DNA of 63,893 bases, counting the filler, from Ministeria vibrans ATCC 50519 (Eukaryota; Protista; Filasterea): NCBI GenBank assembly GCA_943704425.1. It is 8 parts of 8 records of this genome, joined end to end, with 100 filler letters (N's around TTAATTAATTAA, not from the genome) between each part and the next. Parts side by side here need not be neighbours in the genome. Positions count along the whole stretch, not along the records: positions 44,521 to 57,415 come from CALSCP010001618.1; positions 57,516 to 59,143 come from CALSCP010002721.1; positions 59,244 to 61,208 come from CALSCP010000175.1; positions 61,309 to 62,706 come from CALSCP010000247.1; positions 62,807 to 63,893 come from CALSCP010000045.1; 3 more parts are not named here. The stretch is one strand, 5' to 3'. Both the position numbers and the translations under genes were made by a program. The first letter of the stretch is position 1. Each line of letters starts with the position of its first letter. Positions 53,364 through 63,893 of the stretch are shown here, piece by piece. The notes beneath the pieces were generated by a model. The model was given only the letters and a program-made list of their open reading frames with translations. It did no database searches and was not told where the DNA came from.

Positions 53364-56300
53364 ATCACTTTGTTCCATTCTTCCTCCTCTCCCTCTCACT
53401 TTGTCTCTTTCTCTTCTCTCTCTCTCTATTCTTTCATATTGCAGCGTGGCATGTACGACCTCAAGTGGGATATCCACTTGAAAATTCGAATGCCTAGTGT
53501 GCGTCCACAAGAGTCACCGCCCGAGTTTCTTCACTATCTGCAGTGCGGACGCTCACTGCCCGACGCCGAGCTCAACATTGAAGTGGTCGACATGGGTAAC
53601 TCTGTCACGTGCATCTGTGTGCAGGTGACGTCGGCCACCGAACCCGTTCACCCGGGCGGTCCTCCGGCTTTGCGCTTCACCATCTTCCCGCTCCACCAGC
53701 GCTGTCGTCTCTCCTTTTGCGTGCCTCTCCCGGGCGTCGACGAGGCTACTGTTCGGCGCATGCGCGTCTTTTTTTCAACCGCGTGCGGTTATGTCCTCTG
53801 CTACGTCCCTGGCCATCTTCTCCAGCTCGTCGACTGTGGCGGCCAACACGCTCCTTCCCCTGGCTTCCAACTCATTGGCTCCGCAGTACCCCTCCTTGAC
53901 AACCACCAAAACCCCTGCGCCTACACTCCAACCCAATCATCATCATCATCGTCATCATCATCATCATCCAACCCAACTGCCTCCTCTCCTTCCACCACCA
54001 CTCCAACGACTCCATCACCCTCCATATCCATTCCTTCCTCTTCCGCTAGCCCCTCTCAATGCCCTGGCATGGCCACCACTCCTTCCTCCTCCGCTCCCCC
54101 TGCCATCACCACCTACTTTGGCGATGCCTCCGCCTGGCTCAACTGCGCCGCTCGTCGTCAAATGAACATCAACGGAATCTCCTCCTCAGACCCTTTCCTC
54201 ACCTCCTCTTCTTCTTCCTCCTCCTCCGCTACCTCTTCTTCTTCTTCTTCCACCTTTGGGCATGCGCTCTTTGACGAGCGCACCAGCACTGCCTTTACCT
54301 GCGAACTGTGCATGTCAGCTATTCACTCTATGCTCGGCACCCCCGCTCACTCCGTTCGCGGCCTCCATGTCCTCATCCATCACGTCAGGGACCAACAACT
54401 CGTGCGCCAGGCCGCCCGCTCGCTTCTCGTCGAACAGCCCGACCTCATCACGACCGAATGGATCAACGAGTACCTCGTTGGCATGACCTACCTCCATCTT
54501 CAGATGCAGTCTGTCGAGTCCGCCTTTCTCCGTCTCGTCCCCAACACAACCATGCTTACGTACGCCGAAGAGCAGCAGATGCACGACATCATCCGCTCCG
54601 CCGACGGCTGCACGTTTGCCTGGCTCCCCGAGTCCGAAGGCGTCGACCTCAACAACAAGAAGTCCGCCGTGGCCGCCGCTCGCAGTCCCCGCGTCGGCTC
54701 GTGGCACGCCATGCGCCAACGCGTCTATGTCCCCGTCACCACCTCACAGCCTCTTCTTCCCGCCCCGTCCCTCCTCAATTTTGCCCCTGGCGACCGTAAC
54801 CTTCCCACCAGTCGTCGCCTTCTCCTGGTCCGTCGCCCCGCTCCCTCCGACCAGCCTATCCCTCTGTCCCACAACCATCACCATCACCATCACCATCCCC
54901 ACTTGGGTCATGTCGCCGCTCTCCTTCCCAATCGCTCAGCCAACACCGACTCAGACTCCACCGCACTCCAATTACAACATCAGCAGCAGCAACAGCAGCA
55001 GCATTATCATCATCAACAGGGCTCACAGCCGTCCCCTCCTCCCGCATTCGCGGCGCGTCTTCTCGTTCCTGGCGACCCCAACGCCATTGAAGTGTCACGC
55101 ATCCAACACGTCCAGCAGCCCTACCGCACCTCAGGCATCGCTGGCTCCTCCGTCACCCCGTCACCCGGTGGTCCTTTATCCGCACAGCCCTTGTCGTCCT
55201 CCGAGTCCACCATGGGCTTCACCCGAAAGCTTTTCTCGCGTGTCTTTGGCTCGTCGGCGCAAGAGGAGCAAACGCAACAGCTGCGCGACCAGCAACAGCA
55301 GATGCTCGCCGACCAACCGGACAGCGAGAGCATGAGCGATGCAGACGCCAAGACACGCCAGGCTCTTATCGAGGCTCTCGCCAAGTACTATGCTCAGTTT
55401 GTCACGACCAAAGAGCAGCGCAGTCGCTGCAACCGATGGGCGCGCGAATACTTTGCCAAGGCGTCCGTGCAGGCCGACCAGCTGCTCACGACCATCTTCC
55501 AGACTCGTGGTTATGGCGAGGCAGGCGCCACCACCGCCCCTGGCAACGACCACTTTGTTGATGCTCCGTCCTCCTTCAACGACATGCCCCAGTTCACTCC
55601 ACAGCAACAACAACAACAACAAATTCAACCTCAAACGCACACTCAAACATCACGACTGAGCAGTAGTAGCGAAGACATGTCACTGCGCACCACAGCCTCT
55701 TCATCGACGATCGCCACTTCCTCCACTGCTGCACCTTCCTCTACTGACGACTCTATGCCTCCCAACGGCAGTGGCCCACAGACCAGTTCGTCGTTTAATC
55801 GCCAACGCACTGTCTCATCGCGCTCCGTTGCCGCCGTGCACAACAACAAACACATTGTGTTCTCGCTTCTTGAACGGTTCTACAGCGCAATGGAACTGCA
55901 GCGACTGCCCGTTCCCTCAAGCTTTCTTGTGCCCTTTGCCACACTTGGATATGAGTGTCTGGGACGCACTGCGTTTCTTCAATACGCATCACGTGGCATT
56001 GTGCGCATCAGCTCAAGTGTCCTCCTCAAAGTGTGGACACTGCTTGAGAATCCCGAGAGTGTGTTTGATCCTCGAGTGCGCGTCAGCTCAGTGACCAGTG
56101 GCAGTGCAGCGGCGACAAATGAGTCTGCATTGAATGCTTCTACGAGCACCTCTGCTGCGACTGTGACACCTCCAATGAACAGTGGAACTGCGACCAATCT
56201 GACTGTAGTTGGGACGGGGGCGACAGGTGGCGTTGTAACGGCAGTAACGACGACGGCTGAGAAGCAATCGGCGTACGACGACGAGATGGCGTTTCGCTTT

Positions 56301-56903
56301 GCACTGGCGTCGCATGCACCTGCCACCGCCGCTTTGATTGCCGTGCGGTCGCTTGTGGACCGAGAGACACAACGCTATGTGAGTGAACGCTACTGTCGTG
56401 AGCTGTTGCGTGGACGTGAGACAGCTTTTGACGCTGCTGGCTCGGAAGATCGCTTTTTCAATCAGTTTCACGAGGACGCATCGAGTGATGAGGAGGAATA
56501 CAATGAGATGGTGAGCACGACGGAGGAACAGCAGCAGCTCAAGGCGGACCGCAGCAGTCTGAGTGCGAGTGCGGTTGCCCTAAGCAGCGACGAAGACGAC
56601 CTCGACGAGTTTGAGGGTGGTCTGGCCGAGCTGACGCCCACAGCACGCTCACCGCGACGCATCAGCACCAGCAATACGCGCGATTGGGTGGCCTTTCGCC
56701 GCCGCCAGAGCCGCCACCGTCTGCGTCCGTCGTCCTCGTCATCCACCACCAACTCGACGCGCGACAGCGAGTCAAGCAACGCCACTTTTATGCCTCTTGG
56801 CGTGTTTGTGCGCACCCTCTATCGCAACCACGAGCGAGATGCGCGCGCCGCCTATGTGAAGAAGACGTATCTTGCGCGCACCAGTAAGAAGAGTGTAATT
56901 TGA
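52448..56903 (+). CDS. GSAP: Gamma-secretase-activating protein (GSAP/pigeon homologue) with long low-complexity insertions
   Basis: LLY.....IVGATVNRERSLLAFTL, VQFLY, VLWFSWDMQRQRIY, KSVQF, YVPGHLLQLVDC...HAP, EYLVGMTY, FSLLERF......LPVPSSF...FATLGYECL, FMPL; poly-S/H/Q tracts lie between the conserved blocks. Confidence 0.85.
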
Positions 56904-57071
56904 CAATACAATCATCAATTTGCGATAATATCAGCGTTGACTACTTGGTGTCTTGCTGAGAGCGCAGTTCACAGTTGTAGCATAATGTTGTGATGATGAT
57001 TGTGTTGTCGCTTTTCATTCGAAAGTGAAATTATCATAATAATTATTATTCATTTTTTTTCACACATTGGA

Positions 57072-57415
57072 ATGAGCGATTCATGGCCTTCCATCGCGAC
57101 CGATGCCGCATGCGAGTACGCGACAAACATGCTGCTGCGCCATGTGCCAACGAGTGAACGCGAGCGAGCAACGCTATCACCCGATTTGAGTTCCATGTTT
57201 ACTCTTCTTGAGAATGGCACAGTTCGCTGTCTTGTTCGCACTGCAGAGGGCAGTCCTTGTCGGTCAAGGGGGTTCAGTGGAGAGAGCATGCAAATGCACT
57301 TCTCGAATTACCATCCGGCCAGCCGCCATCGTTTCGTGTGTGTGTTGTGCGAGAAGTACGTTGGAGTGAGCGAACTCAAAAGACATCTCTCCTCGTTCCA
57401 CGCCGACCTGTTCAC
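57072..57415 (+). CDS. Zinc-finger protein fragment (two C2H2/BED-like fingers), 3' truncated by gap
   Basis: VRCLVRTAEGSPCRSRGFSGESMQMHFSNYH followed by FVCVLCEKYVGVSELKRHLSSFH; the ORF is open into the gap. Confidence 0.6.
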
Positions 57416-57515
57416 NNNNNNNNNNNNNNNNNNNNNNNNNNNNNNNNNNNNNNNNNNNNTTAATTAATTAANNNNNNNNNNNNNNNNNNNNNNNNNNNNN
57501 NNNNNNNNNNNNNNN

Positions 57516-57612
<97 letters not shown>

Positions 57613-57684
57613 CTTTGTTTCTTTTTCCCTCCCTTCTGTCTCTCTCTCCTGACTCTGTCTGCTTCCTCCACCTGTCTCTCCTAC

Positions 57685-58945
57685 CTTTGCGTGTCCCCGG
57701 TTACGAACGAGCTCCGGACTAAGGTACTCGGGAGTGCCGCAGAGCGTCCACGCACGTTCTCCCGGTAGAACCACTCGCGCAAAGCCAAAGTCGGCCAACT
57801 TAAGATGGCCCGTGTGCGTCACAAGCAAATTCTCCGGCTTGAGGTCGCGGTACACAATGTCCTGGGAGTGTAAATAGTCCAGTCCCACCAAAACCTGTTC
57901 AATAGAGATGAAAACGAACAATAGAATAAGTCTGGGTTCTCGTAGTGCTCTGGCTCCTTGATGAGATTGGTTACTTCGGCTGCGTAGAATCGAGCCTCGT
58001 TCGGCTGCAGATGGTGCTCAATGCTCAGCCGCTCAAAGAGCTCTCCGCCATTGACGTACTCCAACAGAAAGTACGCGTTACAACGGTCTCCCCACGCGGC
58101 GTAGCATGCAACAAGACGTTCGTGCGAGCACAGTTTCATTGTGTCACGCTCCCCCAGCAAGTGGCCCACCTGCTTTTTGTCAACCAGCGGCTAAACAAAC
58201 CCAGAGCCATTGAGTCCGATCTTACTGTCTGTGTGTGCCTCACCTTCTTTTGCACCGCCTTCAACGCATACATTCGACCGGTTCTTTTGTGTTTCGCAAG
58301 CGCCACACGGCCGTAAGATCCCGTTCCGAGTGTTGTCAGGAGCTATTAATTGAAAACAAAAGACCCAATAAGTATGAATACGATTTTGAGTATAAACTAT
58401 TTTAGTTCCATTGTGTGCCGGTCCGATCCTCATTACCTTATAGCAGTCAAGGGAAAGGTCTGCGGATCCAAGTGGAGCCCTACGATCAATCGAGAGGCGC
58501 TTCGAGGCGCTGAGCGGCGCGTGTGTCGCTGGTTTTTGGCTCAGAGTTGTGCGCGCGCGACAGAACGACGAAAGAGAGTCATACGATCGTGTCTACGACA
58601 AAGAAGGCACGCATAATGAGAACCAATGTACTTGGCCAACTTGTCGTGCAAAACGCCAACGAATAAATTGATTTTGTTTGCACTTCAGAAGCAAATCAGG
58701 ATTTTTTGACGGTTCGATCGTGCGCAATGACAAAAATAAATCACAAATCGGCTCCAGCGCATACGCGACAAACGCCGCGTTCAGCTCTCCATGTTACTCG
58801 GCATGGTATTCCTCCACACACCCTGTATCCGTACCAGGGCCTGGATGGGCGCTTTGGCCTTTCTTCTGAACAAGCCAGAACGCGACTTTTTTCCGCTGTG
58901 CATGTTCGGCGCACTTTTGTCTTTCCGTGAGTGTACAGCACCCAT
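57685..58945 (-). CDS. cAMP-dependent protein kinase catalytic subunit-like (PKA/PRKX), 3' truncated
   Basis: TLGTGSYGRV, YALKAV, KQVGHLLGER, LEYVNGGELF, ARFYAAE, IVYRDLKPENLL, KLADFGFA, WTLCGTPEYLSPE; the inferred start MGAVHSRK fits an MGxxxS myristoylation motif. Confidence 0.9.
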
Positions 58946-59111
58946 GAGTGTCCTTGGTGCCGGATTCTGTGTTGCACGGTGGTGGGTGTTGTGTGATGAA
59001 TGTGATGGGGGCAATGTCCTTGCTGCAATAATGCGTGAGGACTGAGGAGCAGGAGAGAAAAAACTGGTGCTAAAGTTTGATTATTTTAAAATAATGTGCG
59101 TGCACGAGAGC

Positions 59112-59143
<32 letters not shown>

Positions 59144-59369
59144 NNNNNNNNNNNNNNNNNNNNNNNNNNNNNNNNNNNNNNNNNNNNTTAATTAATTAAN
59201 NNNNNNNNNNNNNNNNNNNNNNNNNNNNNNNNNNNNNNNNNNNAACAAAGTGATAGGGAGAGAGTAAGAGAGAGGCCAGTTTCTGAACGTATGCGTGCCA
59301 ATGTACAAAAAGAAGACAATATTATACAACGCTTCAATGTACTAAAAGAAGACAATATGATACAACGTC

Positions 59370-60878
59370 TCAATGTTGCAAACAGCGGTTGAGGCGCTGC
59401 TGTTCGGTAACGTGAAAGAGAGCAAGATCAAGGGCGGCACGAGCGTCCTCAAGAGAGTCGTGGCCGACGACAGAACCGTCGCTGGCCTGGATGCGACGGC
59501 CCAGCAAACGCACAGTAAGAGTGCGTAGTGACTGTTTAAAGGGTAGTCCCCACTCGTGCGGAAAGAGCACAGACGTGTCGACGACAAGTGGGTGAGACAG
59601 ACGCAACACACGCAGATCGTTTTCAAGAGAATGTCCAATGAGAATGGTATGGCGGTGAATCACACGGGCGAGCAGCTCAGTCTGTACCTGAGCAAGTGTC
59701 TTGTGTGCCGATAGAATCATTTCCGCGGTAATTCCACTCTTGTCGGTGCACAGGTCGACCACAAGTCCTTCGGGGCGCACGAGACTCTCATAGACGCTCT
59801 TCCCGAACCCATCGCAGGCACTCACACGCGCCAGTTCAACTCCCAAATGTGTCATGACCATCTCACAGTCAAGAGCAATGACACTTTCCGCGCCCATTCG
59901 GCGTTTTCTCAAAGGACCTCCGTCGCGCTTTGCAATCTCAGTCAGTGTCGCCCCCGCCACCCCGTCCGCCTCTCTCCCGTCCTCCTCCTCCTCCTCCTCC
60001 TCCTCCTCCTCCTCCTCCTCCTTCTCATCCTGCCCCTTGTTCTTTTTCTTCTTTTTCTTCTTCTGCCTCTTCTCTTCGATAGCCCACTCGTTCGCTGTCA
60101 CACACTGATCGAGGGTCAGTCTGCTGGACATGTCAGGCACGTGCGAAGCGGACTCGACACAACCCACGGTGAGGTCGTCGTCGACCAATTGCGAGCAGCA
60201 GCTCCATCGCTCAAACGTGCCCTCGAGCCACTTGCCCCGTTGCTTTCGGTGGCGTTTCCCACTGTGAAAACGACACATTTGCGCGCTGGGCATCTCGAGG
60301 GCGCAGCGACGACAGAGCGTCGGGAGTGCCCTGTCGATGGAGGCGGGAATGACAAAGCCGTGCGTCGCGCGGTCCTCGTCGCTCAGCACTGCCTTGCACA
60401 TCAACTTGTAAAGGCCACGACTGTTGTCAAGAAGCTCTTTCATGCCTGGCGTGTAGCCGCTGCGAGTGGGGGCGCTGGACTCGGCCACTCGACGAAGCGT
60501 GTCGGACGTCTCTTCTGCTGTGCCTGTCGCGGCCGATGCTGGGCTCTTTTTCGCTTTCAGTTGAGCCACAAGGGTAGGTACTGAGGTGGCATACACAATG
60601 GGGTCCTTGCCGTACGCCTTGTAGTGCTCCAGTTCGGCTTTGATGGCTGATGGGAAAAGTGCATTGGACATTACGACGAATGGCTTTTGCAAGTGCATCG
60701 CCCTACCTTTCTGAGGGGCTTTCTCTCCTGAGAAGAAGGCAAAGATCTGCTCAAGAACCTTCTGGCGACGAGGCATAGGAACACGACTCATGGCGTCGAG
60801 CGGCACACGAGGAGGACGCACAAGTTCCTCTTCGGCTTTACGCTTTTGTGATGCCGCTGACAGCCTCGGCTTGATCAT
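59370..60878 (-). CDS. REXO1/Rex3-like DEDDh 3'-5' RNA exonuclease (intronless)
   Basis: ALDCEMV...ELARVS, ILIGHSLENDLRVL, VVDTSVLFPH, SLRTL, GHDSLEDARAALDL; upstream CRRC...CRFHSGK...WSCC...GC.....HV cysteine cluster typical of REXO1. Confidence 0.9.
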   Translation of the reverse strand: MIKPRLSAASQKRKAEEELVRPPRVPLDAMSRVPMPRRQKVLEQIFAFFSGEKAPQKGRAMHLQKPFVVMSNALFPSAIKAELEHYKAYGKDPIVYATSVPTLVAQLKAKKSPASAATGTAEETSDTLRRVAESSAPTRSGYTPGMKELLDNSRGLYKLMCKAVLSDEDRATHGFVIPASIDRALPTLCRRCALEMPSAQMCRFHSGKRHRKQRGKWLEGTFERWSCCSQLVDDDLTVGCVESASHVPDMSSRLTLDQCVTANEWAIEEKRQKKKKKKKNKGQDEKEEEEEEEEEEEEEDGREADGVAGATLTEIAKRDGGPLRKRRMGAESVIALDCEMVMTHLGVELARVSACDGFGKSVYESLVRPEGLVVDLCTDKSGITAEMILSAHKTLAQVQTELLARVIHRHTILIGHSLENDLRVLRLSHPLVVDTSVLFPHEWGLPFKQSLRTLTVRLLGRRIQASDGSVVGHDSLEDARAALDLALFHVTEQQRLNRCLQH

Positions 60879-61134
60879 CCAAAGGTGTAGTACACTCGTT
60901 GAATCAAACTACCGATCAAAATGTTGAAAATTATTATAATAATATTTTTAATTTTGTATTCAGCCGAGTTTTCCAAGTTCGTTCTTCTTCTGCATACTCT
61001 TATACGAATGGTACACAAATCCATCAACAAGACCCGCAACAGTAAACACTCCTCCAACTACAACACACAAAATAATAATAAAATTATTAGTATTTTTGAG
61101 CTTTAATGATATGATAATGAAAATAACTATCATA

Positions 61135-61208
<74 letters not shown>
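61135..61208. repeat. (AAT)n microsatellite
   Basis: About 24 perfect AAT units at contig end. Confidence 0.95.
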
Positions 61209-61742
61209 NNNNNNNNNNNNNNNNNNNNNNNNNNNNNNNNNNNNNNNNNNNNTTAATTAATTAANNNNNNNNNNNNNNNNNNNNNNNNNNNNNNNNNNNN
61301 NNNNNNNNCATTTTTTTTTTTTTTTTTTTTTTTTTTTGCATTTGTCAGTGATCGATTAGCAGTTCAAATTGGGCAGCAAGCGTCGGATAGGGTCAAGCAT
61401 GAAGGATAAGACGGTATGGATGTCGAAACGCAGCAATAGAGGCCTTATGAGGGCGTACAGAAGCAATGTTTGGGAGGGGAAAAAAAGCCCCATGACTCGT
61501 CTCAAAAATCCACAGGGGCTGCAGCGATAGCCATTGTTTCATACCAGGTGGGTGGAAAAGAGCTTGATGGGAAGTCTCTCGGGATTTAAAAGAGCGGGTG
61601 AGGCTCAGCGAAAGGAAAATCACTAAACTGACTAAAGTAGTAAAGTTTTAAGTTTATGCGGTGAATAATAATTATGGTGAATAAGGTTTTCGTTTGACAA
61701 CTTAGAGTTGAGATTGAAACTATTTACTATTCTTCCTTGATC

Positions 61743-61964
61743 ATGTCGCCTCTTCAGCTGATCACCGCTGCCACTGTGGTGCTACTGGGCCTCGCGACGA
61801 CTGCGCGCGCGACCCCTGGCAGCGCCAACTGTACTGAGAATTGGTTTGATAACCAACTTGACCACTACCGCTTCTCCGACGCGCGCACCTACCGCCAGCG
61901 CTACTTCACCTACGACAAATACTGGAAGCCCGGCGGCACCATCTTTTTCTATCTTGTACTCGGG

Positions 61965-61998
<34 letters not shown>

Positions 61999-62706
61999 AG
62001 TCAGAAGAATTGAAAAAGTGAATTTCTTTTGCATCTTTAGGGAAACGAGGACAACGTCGAGCTGTATGTCAACAACACAGGCCTTATGTGGGAGAATGCT
62101 GAGGAATTCCAGGCCCTCCTGGTCTTTGCAGGTTCGTTTTTTGTGCTCACTTGTTTTCATCCAAGTTCATCAATCGCATTGTGTGTTGTTTGTTGCACAG
62201 AACACCGCTTCTACGGCGAATCGCGCCCTTTCGCTGCAGGCACGCCGGGCTGCATGGACTACTTGACGACAGAGCAGGCCTTGGCGGACTTTGCGACGCT
62301 GTTGACGTTCCTGAAGAAGTCACTGGAGAGCGAAGAGAGCACAGTCATCGGCTTTGGCGGCTCTTACGGCGGTAAACGGGGCGACATGACACTCATCTCA
62401 CTTACATATCATATGTGTATATGCATACCTCTGTTTCTTTTGTCTGCTGCTGTAGGCATGATGGCCACCTGGTTCCGTCTCAAATACCCGGCACAGGTGC
62501 ACGGTGTGATCGCAGGCAGTGCGCCTGTGTGGTCCTTTGAGAATCTTCATCCGCCTTACGATTTCAACGCCTTCGATGAGACTGTGACGTATGATGCCAC
62601 TCCGGCCGCAGGTGCCGCCAAATACTGCGCGCCCAACCTACTCGCAGCACAACCAATGATCCCGGAACAGGCAAAAACCGAGTCGGGACGTGCACTGCTC
62701 GCACAG
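61743..62706 (+). CDS. Lysosomal Pro-X carboxypeptidase-like (peptidase S28), 3' truncated
   Basis: Signal peptide, QLDHY....TYRQRY, IFFY-GNE, NTGLMWENA, EHRFYGESRPF, YLTTEQALADFA, FGGSYG-GM..TWFRLKYP, AGSAP. Confidence 0.92.
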
Positions 62707-63003
62707 NNNNNNNNNNNNNNNNNNNNNNNNNNNNNNNNNNNNNNNNNNNNTTAATTAATTAANNNNNNNNNNNNNNNNNNNNNNNNNNNNNNNNNNNNNN
62801 NNNNNNTTTTTCTCTCTCCTCTGCTCCTCTCTTTCCTATTCTCTCTCTCTCTCTCTCTGATGCGTTTTTCACGCGACTCCTTCTGAGCCCACCAAGCATC
62901 CTCCCACGCCAAACCCTCTGCCCCCCACATCCCTCTCCGTACCTATACCTCCCTGTTCTGTCATATATCCCCTGCGTATTGCGTGGCGGTGCTGTGCAAT
63001 GAG

Positions 63004-63045
<42 letters not shown>

Positions 63046-63359
63046 TTGTATTCCTCTCAAAAGTTTTAGCCATCACATCGTTTTCCCTCTATCGCTTTGC
63101 GCTCTTGTTCGCGTCTCCTTGTCGTTCCTTGACACTCCCCTCCCCCTCCTTCTCTTGTACCCCGTCGCTCTGTGCACCATGTACATTGGCGTTGACCCGA
63201 TTGTTTCCAATGGTCGTTTTGAGCGCTCCATTGCGTGGGATCGTCCCCTCACACCCACAGAGACCAAGTATCTTCTCTCGTGCTTGTTGCACACTCCTCT
63301 GACTGCATAATGATTCTTTTTCTTTCAAAAACTAACAACATCTCTCTTCTCTTTCTTAG

Positions 63360-63857
63360 CGATTTCCTCTTCAAGTTGCTTCTCATCGGCGACTCTGGTG
63401 TCGGCAAGTCTTGCCTGCTCCTGCGATTCGCTGTAAGTTTCTTCTGACTGCCACACACGAATGTGTCTGGTTTTTGTGGGAGTGTGTGGTGCCCCCACCA
63501 ACACCATGGTCTTTAGTGCGCACTCTTTTGGTGTGCAGTTGCGTGTCACAAGTGACGACCATACTTGGATGGGGTGAATCAATGGGGGGGTTTTTTGTTG
63601 TTGGACTCAGTGATTGGTGCATCACGATTGTGTTGCAAAGTGTTGTGTGGCAGTTGTGACTCATCGCGAAAAGAATATCATAATAATTTATATTATTGTT
63701 TTGTTTAGGACGACACCTACACCGAGAGCTACATTAGTACCATTGGTGTTGACTTTGTAAGCGGATTTTTCTTCTTACTGCTGCATTTGTATCTGACTCA
63801 TCTTTCATTAGAAAATCCGAACCATTGAGCTTGACGGAAAGACCATCAAGCTTCAGA

Positions 63858-63859
<2 letters not shown>
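63360..63859 (+). CDS. RAB1: Rab1/Ypt1 small GTPase, internal exons
   Basis: [56 protein letters not shown]. Confidence 0.96.

Positions 63860-63893
<34 letters not shown>

Noticed and set aside
58451-58470. GGGAAAGGTCTG resembling RNase P RNA CR-I
   Set aside because: It is the antisense of a PKA-like coding exon (ADLSLDCYK) and no matching CR-V partner is seen
63170-63345. Possible H/ACA snoRNA in the upstream Rab1 intron
   Set aside because: Short hairpins and an ANANNA exist, but their spacing and second hairpin do not fit the canonical layout

Overview
Gene-dense, intron-rich genomic DNA from a microbial eukaryote. The gene set (GSAP, POMK-like kinase, muskelin, a tyrosine-motif receptor) suggests a unicellular relative of animals, but this is inference. 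The window is 8 contigs joined by artificial 100-nt N-TTAATTAATTAA-N spacers. About 21 spliced or partial genes are readable: Munc13-like 3' end, CPSF2, COMMD8, ARF1, POLK, PSMD11, a coiled-coil/acidic orphan, RAD18, an alpha-kinase, fibrillarin, VPS18 (5' half), a ~4,700-aa EGF-repeat single-pass receptor, muskelin (3' part), a POMK-like luminal kinase, CDC37, cathepsin C, GSAP, a zinc-finger fragment, a PKA/PRKX-like kinase, REXO1-like exonuclease, PRCP-like S28 peptidase and Rab1. The standout is the giant receptor. It has roughly 95-100 Notch-type EGF repeats, three of them split between Cys3 and Cys4 by a repeated ~120-aa beta-rich domain I cannot name. It also has a juxtamembrane extracellular ZU5-like domain ending in an HFS autoproteolysis motif, one TM helix and a tail rich in NxxY/YxxL-type motifs, making it a candidate self-cleaving Notch-analogue. 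Other leads are a WbdD-like (methyltransferase-fold plus sugar-kinase) architecture in the POMK-like gene, a motif and RNA structure shared by the long introns of ARF1 and Rab1, a box C/D-like element in a fibrillarin intron, and a dispersed intronic minisatellite family. All homology calls come from recognising motifs by eye; no searches were run.
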